A stretch of 64,000 bases of DNA from Chloroflexota bacterium (GTDB lineage Bacteria; Chloroflexota; Dehalococcoidia; Dehalococcoidales; RBG-16-60-22): NCBI GenBank assembly GCA_016190695.1, contig JACPQC010000015.1, positions 13,435 through 77,434 of the forward strand, in the 5' to 3' direction. The notes under the pieces are model-generated. The model did not search any database. It was not told the origin of the DNA and was given only the letters and a program-made list of their open reading frames with translations. Positions 56,238-64,000 of this stretch are shown in pieces (position 1 is the first letter of the stretch; each line of letters starts with the position of its first letter). The position numbers and the translations under genes are program-made.

Positions 56238-57284
56238 ATGTTATCTCGGCCAAAACTACTTGCGATAGCTTCAAGCGTGATGGCGCTGGCACTGGCGGTC
56301 ACTGCCTGTGCCGGTCCGGCGCCCGCTCCTGCTCCCGCCCCCGCGCCGGCCAGGCCACAGTCCCTCACCGTTTACTCGGGACGGAGCGAAAGCCTGGTCA
56401 AGCCTATCATCGACCAGTTCGCCAGGACCAGCGGCATTGAGGTCAAGGTGCGCTACGGCGGCACGGCGGAGATGGCCGCCACCATCCTTGAAGAGGGTAG
56501 GAACAGCCCGGCAGACTTATTCTATGCCCAGGACCCCGGCGGCATTGGCGCCGTGGCTCATCTCCTTGCCCCGTTGCCCGATAGCCTTACCGCACCGGTA
56601 GAGCCAAGATTCCGGGCTGCTGACGGCAAGTGGGTCGGCATTTCGGGCCGGGCGCGCGTGATCGCTTACAATATCAACAGACTCAAGGAATCGGACCTGC
56701 CCGATGACATCTCCGGCCTTACCGACCCCAAATGGAAAGGCCGCATCGGCTGGGCGCCCACCAATGCCTCTTTCCAGGTGATGGTCACGGCGATGCGCAA
56801 GCTCTGGGGTGGAGAGAGGACCCGGCAGTGGTTGGCGGGCATGAAGGCCAATGACGCCAAGGTCTACGCGAACAACACGGCCCAGGTCAACGCCGCCGGC
56901 GCCGGAGAAATCGACGTGGCCCTGCCCAACCACTACTACCTCTATAGCATTATGCAGGGCGGCAAAGGCGAGTCCTTCCCGGTGCGGAACTACCATCCCC
57001 GGGCAGGCGGTCCGGGGGCCTTGATAATGGTATCCGGCGCCGGCGTGCTGGAGACATCGAAGAACAAAGAAGCCGCCCAGAAGTTCATCGAGTTCCTGCT
57101 CTCGCCGGTGGCGCAGCAGTACTTCGCCGGGCAGACCTTCGAGTACCCGGTGATAGAGGGCGTCAAGACACACCAACTCCTCACGCCTCTGGCCGAGATC
57201 AAAGCCCCGCAGATCAGCATGGAAGACCTGGTTGACCTGAAAGGCACGCTCAATCTGCTCAGGGAGACAGGCATAGTACCGTAG
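56238..57284 (+). CDS. Fe3+ ABC transporter substrate-binding lipoprotein (FbpA/FutA family)
   Basis: Lipobox VTAC, LTVYSGR, SPADLF and NHYY (iron-ligand Tyr pair). Confidence 0.92.
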   Translation: MLSRPKLLAIASSVMALALAVTACAGPAPAPAPAPAPARPQSLTVYSGRSESLVKPIIDQFARTSGIEVKVRYGGTAEMAATILEEGRNSPADLFYAQDPGGIGAVAHLLAPLPDSLTAPVEPRFRAADGKWVGISGRARVIAYNINRLKESDLPDDISGLTDPKWKGRIGWAPTNASFQVMVTAMRKLWGGERTRQWLAGMKANDAKVYANNTAQVNAAGAGEIDVALPNHYYLYSIMQGGKGESFPVRNYHPRAGGPGALIMVSGAGVLETSKNKEAAQKFIEFLLSPVAQQYFAGQTFEYPVIEGVKTHQLLTPLAEIKAPQISMEDLVDLKGTLNLLRETGIVP

Positions 57285-57324
57285 TCGCGTGTGCGAGATA
57301 GGGGAAAGACGAAATCCGAAGGAA

Positions 57325-57389
57325 AACAAGTTCAAAGTACCAAATGACAAAGTTCAAAAAGTTTTGAAATTGGGATTTTGAACTTTGAC
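57325..57389. repeat. AT-rich inverted short-unit repeat
   Basis: CAAGTTCAAAGTACCAAATGACAAAGTTCAAAAA versus TTTTGAAATTGGGATTTTGAACTTTG. Confidence 0.55.
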
Positions 57390-57411
57390 AATACGTAGAA
57401 AATACCTGGTT

Positions 57412-57546
57412 GTCATTCTGGAGGAGTCCTGACCTCCTTTACCCCTGAAGGACTCCGAAGAATCTGGTGGTGTGGGGTCTTTCCCCCAACCTCGCCAGAC
57501 CCTTCGCTTCGTTTATCCTGAGCAAAGCGAAGGGCTCCAGGGTGAC
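57412..57546. repeat. REP doublet (GTCA family) inside the iron ABC operon
   Basis: GTCATTCTGGAGGAG..GAAGAATCTGG ... CCAGACCCTTCGC..CCTGAGCAAAGCGAAGGGCTCCAGGGTGAC. Confidence 0.78.
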
Positions 57547-57583
57547 ACCACATATTCTGGTTCTGGCTCGCTCAAGTTAGATA

Positions 57584-59212
57584 ATGATCAAGGTCGGAGC
57601 GCTAAAATCAGTGGGTGGCCGGATGGGCCGGGGGGGGCAGTCTTCCCGGCCTCCGGTCGTTATCTGGCTGCCGGCGGCAGTGGTAGCCCTGGCCATATCG
57701 CTGCCCATAGCTTACCTTGCCCTGCGCGCCTCCGGGGCCGGCGGCGAGGTCTGGGATCTGTTCTTCCGCACCCGTACCCTGGCCATCCTGGGGCGCACCG
57801 TGGCGCTGGTCGTCGCGGTGACCGCGGTCTCGGCAGCCATCTCGCTGCCCCTGGCCTGGCTCACCACGCGCACTGACCTCCCCTGGCGCAAGACATGGTC
57901 GGTGCTGACCGCCCTGCCGCTGGTCGTGCCCAGCTACGTATTAGGTTTCGCCGTGGTCGCTGCCCTGGGGCCGAGGGGAGTACTGCAGCAGGCGCTGGGC
58001 AGTCTGTTCGGCCTGGAACGCCTCCCCGAAATTTACGGTTTCCCCGGGGCGCTGCTGGCCATAACCGCAGTAGCTTACCCTTATATCCTGCTCACGGTGC
58101 AGGCATCGCTGCGCGGCCTGGACCCCTGCGTGGAGGAGGTCTCCCGGAGCCTGGGGCACGGGCAATGGGACACCTTCCGCCGGGTGGTGCTTCCCCAGCT
58201 CCGCCCCGCCCTGGCGGCAGGTTCGCTGCTGGTAGCGCTTTATGCGCTCCGGGACTTCGGCGCGGTATCCTTGCTGCGCTACGAGACCTTCACCTGGGCT
58301 ATCTATCTCCAGTACCAGACATCCTTCGACCGGATGCTGGCGGCCGCACTGTCCCTGGTGTTGGTGGCCATCGCCATCGTGATACTGATAGCTGAGGCCC
58401 GCACCCGGGGCGGGGGCCGCTACCACCGCAGCGCCGCCGGGGTGAGCCGCACGCCGGCGATTTCCTGCCTGGGGAGGTGGCGCTGGCCGGCGCTGGCCTT
58501 TTGCAGCCTGGTGGTGCTCTTCGCCCTGGCTATGCCGGTGGGTGTTATCGGCTACTGGATGGTGCGCGGCGTTGCTGCGGGCGAGTCGCTGCAGGCCGCC
58601 TGGATGCCCGCCCTGAACTCGGCCTACGTGTCCGCCCTGGCTGCGGCGGCAACGGCCCTGGCTGCTGTCCCGGTGGTCTTCATGGACGTCCGCTTCCCCG
58701 GCTTGATCAGCCGCTTGCTGGAGCGGGCCACCTACATCGGCTTCGCCCTGCCCGGCATCGTCATCGCCCTGGCACTGGTCTTCTTCGGCGCGAACTACGC
58801 CCTCTTCCTGTACCAGACCCTGGGGATGCTGGTGTTCGCCTACGCCGTCCTTTTCCTGCCCCAGGCGGTAGGACCGATGCGGGCATCGCTGCTCCAGGTC
58901 AGCCCGCGCCTGGAAGAGGTGGCGCGCAGCCTGGGACGGTCTCCGGCGAGAGTGCTGGCGGCGGTCACCCTGCCCCTGCTGCGCCCTGGCATACTGGCCG
59001 GCGCCGCGCTGGTCTTCCTTACCACCATGAAGGAGCTGCCGGCTACCCTCCTGCTCAGCCCCATCGGATTCAAGACCCTGGCGGTATCAATATGGTCGAC
59101 CACCTCTGAGGCCTTCTTCGCCAGGGCTGCGTTCCCCGCCCTTCTTCTGATATTATTATCTTCAGTGCCGATGGCCTTCCTGGTCAACCGGGAAAGGAAG
59201 GGACGCTCATGA
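57584..59212 (+). CDS. Fe3+ ABC transporter permease (FbpB family)
   Basis: Two EAA-type loops (EEVSRSLG, EEVARSLG), DFGAV and MKELPATL. Confidence 0.93.
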   Translation: MIKVGALKSVGGRMGRGGQSSRPPVVIWLPAAVVALAISLPIAYLALRASGAGGEVWDLFFRTRTLAILGRTVALVVAVTAVSAAISLPLAWLTTRTDLPWRKTWSVLTALPLVVPSYVLGFAVVAALGPRGVLQQALGSLFGLERLPEIYGFPGALLAITAVAYPYILLTVQASLRGLDPCVEEVSRSLGHGQWDTFRRVVLPQLRPALAAGSLLVALYALRDFGAVSLLRYETFTWAIYLQYQTSFDRMLAAALSLVLVAIAIVILIAEARTRGGGRYHRSAAGVSRTPAISCLGRWRWPALAFCSLVVLFALAMPVGVIGYWMVRGVAAGESLQAAWMPALNSAYVSALAAAATALAAVPVVFMDVRFPGLISRLLERATYIGFALPGIVIALALVFFGANYALFLYQTLGMLVFAYAVLFLPQAVGPMRASLLQVSPRLEEVARSLGRSPARVLAAVTLPLLRPGILAGAALVFLTTMKELPATLLLSPIGFKTLAVSIWSTTSEAFFARAAFPALLLILLSSVPMAFLVNRERKGRS

Positions 59213-60258
59213 TAGCAGTACGTTGCTCAGATCTGACCAAAGACTTTGGCAGGACCCGCGCCCTCTACGACATCAATCTGGAGGTGGAGGAGGGCAGCTT
59301 CCTGGCGCTGCTCGGCCCCAGCGGCTGCGGCAAGACCACCTTGCTCAGGCTGATAGCCGGCTTTGAAGCGCCCGACCAGGGGGCCATTGAAGTGGCCGGA
59401 AGAACAGTGGCCGGCCCCGGCGTGTTCGTGCCTCCGGAAAAGCGGCAGACGGGCATCGTCTTCCAGGACTACGCCCTGTTCCCCCACCTGGACGTGTCCC
59501 GGAACATCGCCTTCGGGCTGCCCAAAGGGGCCAACCACCAAAACCGGATAGCCGAGATGCTGTCCCTGGTGGGACTCAAAGGGTACGAGCGCCGCATGCC
59601 CCACCAGCTTTCCGGCGGCGAGCAGCAGCGAGTCGCCCTGGCCCGCGCCCTGGCCCCTCACCCCACCGTCCTCCTCCTCGACGAGCCTTTCTCCAACCTG
59701 GACGCCGACCTGCGCAGCCGCATCCGCGCCGAGGTCAAGGGGATTCTGGCCTGCGCCGGGGCTACCGTCATCTTCGTTACCCACGACCAGGAAGAGGCAT
59801 TGTACATGGGCGACCGCGTGGGCGTGATGAACGCGGGGCGCATGGAGCAGATAGATACGCCTGAGGCCATCTTCTACCGCCCGGCCTCGCCCTTTGTGGC
59901 CCAGTTCATCGGCGTGGCTGATTTCATCCAGGGCGTGGTGCAGAACGGCGACGTGGTCACCGAGGTGGGCCGCGCCCCCCTGGACAGGAAGCTGCCGCCG
60001 GGGGAAAAGGTGAGGGTGATGCTCCGGCCCGGCGCTGTAGACATAGTCCCTGCCGCCGACGGGGACGGGGTCATCACCGAGCGCATCTTCCAGGGCAGCG
60101 AATACCTGTACCGGGTGCAACTGCCCTCAGGGGCGAGCATACGCAGCCTGCAACAATATAGCTGCTGCTACCCGGCGAACACGCGGGTCAGGGTCACCGC
60201 CCGGTTCGACAGCGGCCTGGTGTACTTCTCCAGCAACGGGGCCGGGCCGAAGGGGTAG
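59209..60258 (+). CDS. Fe3+ ABC transporter ATPase (FbpC family)
   Basis: [27 protein letters not shown] and LDEPFSNLD motifs; TOBE-like C-terminus. Confidence 0.95.
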   Translation: MIAVRCSDLTKDFGRTRALYDINLEVEEGSFLALLGPSGCGKTTLLRLIAGFEAPDQGAIEVAGRTVAGPGVFVPPEKRQTGIVFQDYALFPHLDVSRNIAFGLPKGANHQNRIAEMLSLVGLKGYERRMPHQLSGGEQQRVALARALAPHPTVLLLDEPFSNLDADLRSRIRAEVKGILACAGATVIFVTHDQEEALYMGDRVGVMNAGRMEQIDTPEAIFYRPASPFVAQFIGVADFIQGVVQNGDVVTEVGRAPLDRKLPPGEKVRVMLRPGAVDIVPAADGDGVITERIFQGSEYLYRVQLPSGASIRSLQQYSCCYPANTRVRVTARFDSGLVYFSSNGAGPKG

Positions 60259-60487
60259 GGTTTTTCTGGCTGGGGAAGTTCGCCTGTTGTAAGGCTAATT
60301 GACCTTCCTCATACGGCGTACCTTGAATTTCCAACACCGACTACGAGCAGGCCATACTTTGCCACTTTCCTGCAGGATTCCTGTTTCTTCTATCGAAACA
60401 AGCCCTGGCTTATTGACAAAATTGCTTTTCGGGGTTTATGCTAAGGCAGATGGGTCGGAAAATCCAAATAAGCATAAGAAAAGAACT

Positions 60488-62854
60488 ATGGCAGTACTAC
60501 CTGGAGTAACTAGAGTGGCGCTTGAAACCGATGATAGTTACCTGCGATTTGAAAACTTCTGTATCGACTTGTTTAACAAGATCGAAGGCGTAGAACTTGT
60601 GCCCACTTCAAGAAGTTGGGACTATGGCCGTGATGGCCGGTCTGTTCTTCTTGGCAGGGCTGCCGTGAAACCTATACTATGTGCTACCCTTCGACGAGAC
60701 ATTGACGCAAAGATTGAGTCAGATATTTCTCGTCTCCACGAGACTACTAATACAGATTCGCTTATCTATTGCTCCTCGAAGGAATTAACCGAAGCGCGAT
60801 GTGACTCCCTTGAAAACAGAATTCGAGAACTTTGCCCTTCACTTCTAACTATCCGTGTCGTTGGACAAACACAATTCATCAATTTGGTTGAGCGTCATGA
60901 AGAAATTTTCAGAAAGCATTACTCAGCCGAAATACGAAATATCGAAAGGACTCTGCTTAGTTCGTGTGTAAGCCAAGATGTGAGAGAACTGGGTCTTCGT
61001 CTCGCACTATGTACCCAGGTTGGTGATGATGCCCAGCAACTTAGGGACGAGATAGCAAAAAGATTGTTCTTGCATACGCTTAGCAGTTGCGATGGTCTGA
61101 CAGTTCCGCAATTGGCCTCAACACTAGCTAACCAATTACATTTGCCACGCACCTTGTCAAACTACTACGTTGAAGAAGTTGTTAGTCATCTGTCCTCGGA
61201 AGAACTTGTCACCTACGATAATGGGCTGATAAGCATCACTGCTAAGGGTAGACATTATGCTGACCACATTCCTGAAGAAAGCCAGCGTAAACTGCTTGAA
61301 GGACGCAGTGCAGTCAGAGAGGCGATTTTTAGTTTGTCGGGACATCAGCTTGCTGATTCTCAATATAACCGACTTTGGGAGACATTTCAGGATAGTATGA
61401 CAGAGCTCTTCTACAGCCATGGGCTAGCTCTCGTCAGAATGATCAGGTCTATACTCATTGAAGAGTTAACTTCGGCTCCCAAAGATGATATTTACTCTCG
61501 GCTGATTGCATTAGCCGAAAAGTCTGTCTCCCATTTTTCAAGTTTAGAACAGGGATCCGAAGTAAAACAAGCAATCATTGATATGTTCTACGAAAAAAAG
61601 AATCCTGCATTTGAATGGCTGAGTCAAATATGTGGCATATATGTCATGATGTGCTCCTTGGGGCTCGAAGAACTGAGCAACCAACAAGTCATTCGTGTCC
61701 TTTCGACTTATCACGTTGTCCCCGATAGCGACATTCTCATCTCCTTGCTTTGCGAGGGAGAGAAGAATCATGAAGAGGTAAATAGAATTATGAGAGGATG
61801 GGTTGCAGTTGGCGGAAAGATCATGCTGTCTGCACCCGTTTTGGAAGAAGTAGCATACCATGCTTGGATAAGTGATTACGACTATTGTCATTTTGGTCCC
61901 AATCTGTCCAATATTTCTGACGACGACGCAAACCATACAATAGAAAACGCCTTTGTTCGCGCCTTTAGGAAGTCGGCCCGGTCGGAAACCTCTCCTAGTC
62001 ACTGGTATCAATATATTCAACAATACAGGGGCACATCTGGAAAGGATTATGCAAAAATACTTCGTATTTTACGGTATGAGTTTCCTCTGGAGCTTATGCC
62101 TCCAGCACCAGCGGGTGAGGAATATGATAGACTCTCCGCCAAAATAAAGCAATACATGCTTCATCGAATGAGCGAATTCTCAAATGCTCCCGTGTCTTAT
62201 CTTGACCGCCGCACCATTGATAAAATCACTCGAGATTGTGCCTTAGTGGTCTCGGTCGTTGCAGAGCGAAGAGACAGGAAATTCCAGGGCGACTATACGA
62301 CCTCATGTATTATTTCGTCTGCTGGCATATTGAAAGAATTAGATAGCATTTTTGGTCATGAGTTCGATCCTCCCGAATTAATTCTTTCGACCGCTGCAAT
62401 TAGCTTTTTACTAACTTTAACTCCTCAGGTGTCAATGGGCTTTGGCACTCTGCGCTCTGTACTCTTTGATTCTGTTCTATATCAGAGATTAACTCCGGCC
62501 CAAAGACACGCATTTCGCGTTATCACGTCCTCTGGCCAATGGAACGTGCCTTGGTCTCGTCGAGGGGCGCTAGAGCAGACTTTGAATGATATATTACTTC
62601 GGGAAGCGCGATCGAGAGGTATGCGAGTTTCTGACACAAGAGCGCGAGTAATAGGAACGAAAGAACCGGAGTATTCTGCTACTATTATTGCAGAAACCCT
62701 TAATAGAATGGCTATTACCCCGAAAGAACGACAGGAACTAATTAGAGCTAAGAACGAACTAGTGCAACTTCAGAAGGAATTGTCACGCATTAAGAGCCAG
62801 AAAATCCCCGCTACCGGCAGGCGCCGCGCCAAATTTAGATCCAAGAATGCGTGA
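60488..62854 (+). CDS. Large AT-rich hypothetical protein; putative nuclease + winged helix + PIN-like domains
   Basis: FENFCIDLF..DYGRDG N-terminus, wHTH-like middle, PDSDIL..VLEEV. Start placed at ATG 60488, after TTGACA-N18-TATGCT (60413-60442). Confidence 0.75.
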   Translation: MAVLPGVTRVALETDDSYLRFENFCIDLFNKIEGVELVPTSRSWDYGRDGRSVLLGRAAVKPILCATLRRDIDAKIESDISRLHETTNTDSLIYCSSKELTEARCDSLENRIRELCPSLLTIRVVGQTQFINLVERHEEIFRKHYSAEIRNIERTLLSSCVSQDVRELGLRLALCTQVGDDAQQLRDEIAKRLFLHTLSSCDGLTVPQLASTLANQLHLPRTLSNYYVEEVVSHLSSEELVTYDNGLISITAKGRHYADHIPEESQRKLLEGRSAVREAIFSLSGHQLADSQYNRLWETFQDSMTELFYSHGLALVRMIRSILIEELTSAPKDDIYSRLIALAEKSVSHFSSLEQGSEVKQAIIDMFYEKKNPAFEWLSQICGIYVMMCSLGLEELSNQQVIRVLSTYHVVPDSDILISLLCEGEKNHEEVNRIMRGWVAVGGKIMLSAPVLEEVAYHAWISDYDYCHFGPNLSNISDDDANHTIENAFVRAFRKSARSETSPSHWYQYIQQYRGTSGKDYAKILRILRYEFPLELMPPAPAGEEYDRLSAKIKQYMLHRMSEFSNAPVSYLDRRTIDKITRDCALVVSVVAERRDRKFQGDYTTSCIISSAGILKELDSIFGHEFDPPELILSTAAISFLLTLTPQVSMGFGTLRSVLFDSVLYQRLTPAQRHAFRVITSSGQWNVPWSRRGALEQTLNDILLREARSRGMRVSDTRARVIGTKEPEYSATIIAETLNRMAITPKERQELIRAKNELVQLQKELSRIKSQKIPATGRRRAKFRSKNA

Positions 62855-63077
62855 GTAGTTTGATATCCTCAATAAATTACCATGCTGTACCTTTGGCCCC
62901 CGCACTACTATGAGGAAAGCTCTGCCAAGCTAATCTGACATCACACCACCATGTGCCTCTCCCCCTCCCCCCGCCCCTTCTGCAATCCGCCCCCGCATAG
63001 TGCTACAATTACATTGAGACCGGATGACGGCGAAGGAGCACCCTACTACAGGTGAACTATGTCCGGCCGGATAAAAC

Positions 63078-63287
63078 ATGGCTGCTGATGCTTTCCCGGA
63101 CCACTACGTGTTCCTCCGGTCCGTGGGTGCAGTCCCTGATAGCTTCAGTGGTCCGCTGGCGGCATTGGCCGGGCCGTTGGCTGCCTTCACCGTAAAGAAG
63201 CTCGAGTCCGGGAAACTGAAGCTGATATTGGGACTGACCATTACACTCCTGGGGGCATGGAGACTAATGGGGGCTTATGCCGTTTAG
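63078..63287 (+). pseudogene. Possible C-terminal remnant of a TauE/SafE-like membrane protein
   Basis: PLAAFTVKKLESGKLKLILGLTITLLG resembles a TauE final helix pair; the N-terminus is not recognisable. Confidence 0.35.
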
Positions 63288-63334
63288 AGGTGAAGACAGG
63301 AGGCCGCAAAGCCTTATCGGGGAGGTCCGGTACT

Positions 63335-64000
63335 ATGTTTAAGAGGACTCTGTGGGGCATCGCTGTCGTCTTCATCGTGGTGGTCTTGCTGTGGCTGGGG
63401 CTAAGCTGGGTAGCCCAGGTCTTGCGGCAGCCAGGTATATTGGGCAGCTACGAGCGGGTGATACTGCATACCCCCAGCGGAGGCTTTGAACTTACCGCCA
63501 CGGTCGATACCGGCGCTGACCTCACTTCTATCGACAGGGAACTGGCCCTTTCCCTCGGCCTGGCGCCGGAACCGGGTGTGACCAGGCGCATTATCACCGA
63601 AATAGGCGTTGTGGAGCGGCAGGCCGTACGGCTGCGGTTCCAGCTAGACGGGCGCGAGATAACCTCGGAAGCCACGCTGGCCGACCGCACCGCTTTCACC
63701 AACCGGATGCTCGTCGGCAAGGCCGATCTGTCCGGTTTTGTAGTCGATAGTTCCCGCCAGTTCTTGACGCGCCCCGCTGATGCCGGGACGTTTTATTTCG
63801 TAGACCCCGGCGCCTTGCTGGGCACTAGCCGGCTGGGACGGATCATCATAATGCTGCCCGTTCTCGCCTCGATAGTGGTATTGCTGCGCTTGCTGGCCGG
63901 CATACGGACCTATGGCGTCTTTGCCCCGACAATCATCGCCATCACTCTTATGGACCTGGGTGTACTGCCCGGTGCGGCCATCTACCTGTTTACGGTCGTC
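63335..64000 (+). CDS. Membrane-anchored retropepsin-like (RimB-type) protease fused to a 7TM domain (3'-truncated, not in ORF track)
   Basis: SD GGAGGT; open frame to window end: TM helix, VDTGADLTSID, LADR..MLVG, then LPVLASIVVLLRLLAGIRTYGVFAPTIIA. Confidence 0.8.
   Translation, partial: MFKRTLWGIAVVFIVVVLLWLGLSWVAQVLRQPGILGSYERVILHTPSGGFELTATVDTGADLTSIDRELALSLGLAPEPGVTRRIITEIGVVERQAVRLRFQLDGREITSEATLADRTAFTNRMLVGKADLSGFVVDSSRQFLTRPADAGTFYFVDPGALLGTSRLGRIIIMLPVLASIVVLLRLLAGIRTYGVFAPTIIAITLMDLGVLPGAAIYLFTVV

Noticed and set aside
60299..60487. First 63 codons of the 851-aa ORF in the track
   Set aside because: TTG start without an SD, and a promoter-like sequence lies inside the segment; ATG 60488 is more plausible.

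Overview
A GC-rich bacterial chromosomal segment; the gene style (tatA, pilin, Pro/Ala-linker lipoproteins, MtmB/corrinoid pair) suggests an anaerobic Chloroflexota/Dehalococcoidia-like organism, which is inference. Core genes include infC-rpmI-rplT-pheS-pheT-ispG, pncA-pncB, ftsH, Trk/Ktr K+ uptake, galU, ackA-phosphoketolase and an Fe3+ ABC transporter. The most notable features are: (1) a nitrogen locus of GS-Ialpha, a PucR regulator, a 46-aa membrane peptide, amtB, GS-Ibeta and a 68-aa ORF, with shared candidate operators and no adjacent PII gene; (2) a small GIY-YIG nuclease embedded in GTCA-ended palindromic REP-like repeats, with related REP cassettes scattered across the window inside several different IS-like terminal inverted repeats; (3) a pyrrolysine-free MtmB homologue (Gln/CAG at codon 202) with its corrinoid partner; (4) AT-richer defence-like inserts: an orphan MTase, an HNH protein, a NotI-like RM pair and a 788-aa nuclease-wHTH-PIN-like protein; (5) a MacB-type ABC transporter with a YHS domain behind a CsoR-like operator; (6) a histidine kinase split by an in-frame TAG; (7) a cbiA remnant. 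No rRNA, tRNA or CRISPR array was recognised. All protein family calls come from motifs read by eye; no database search was run.
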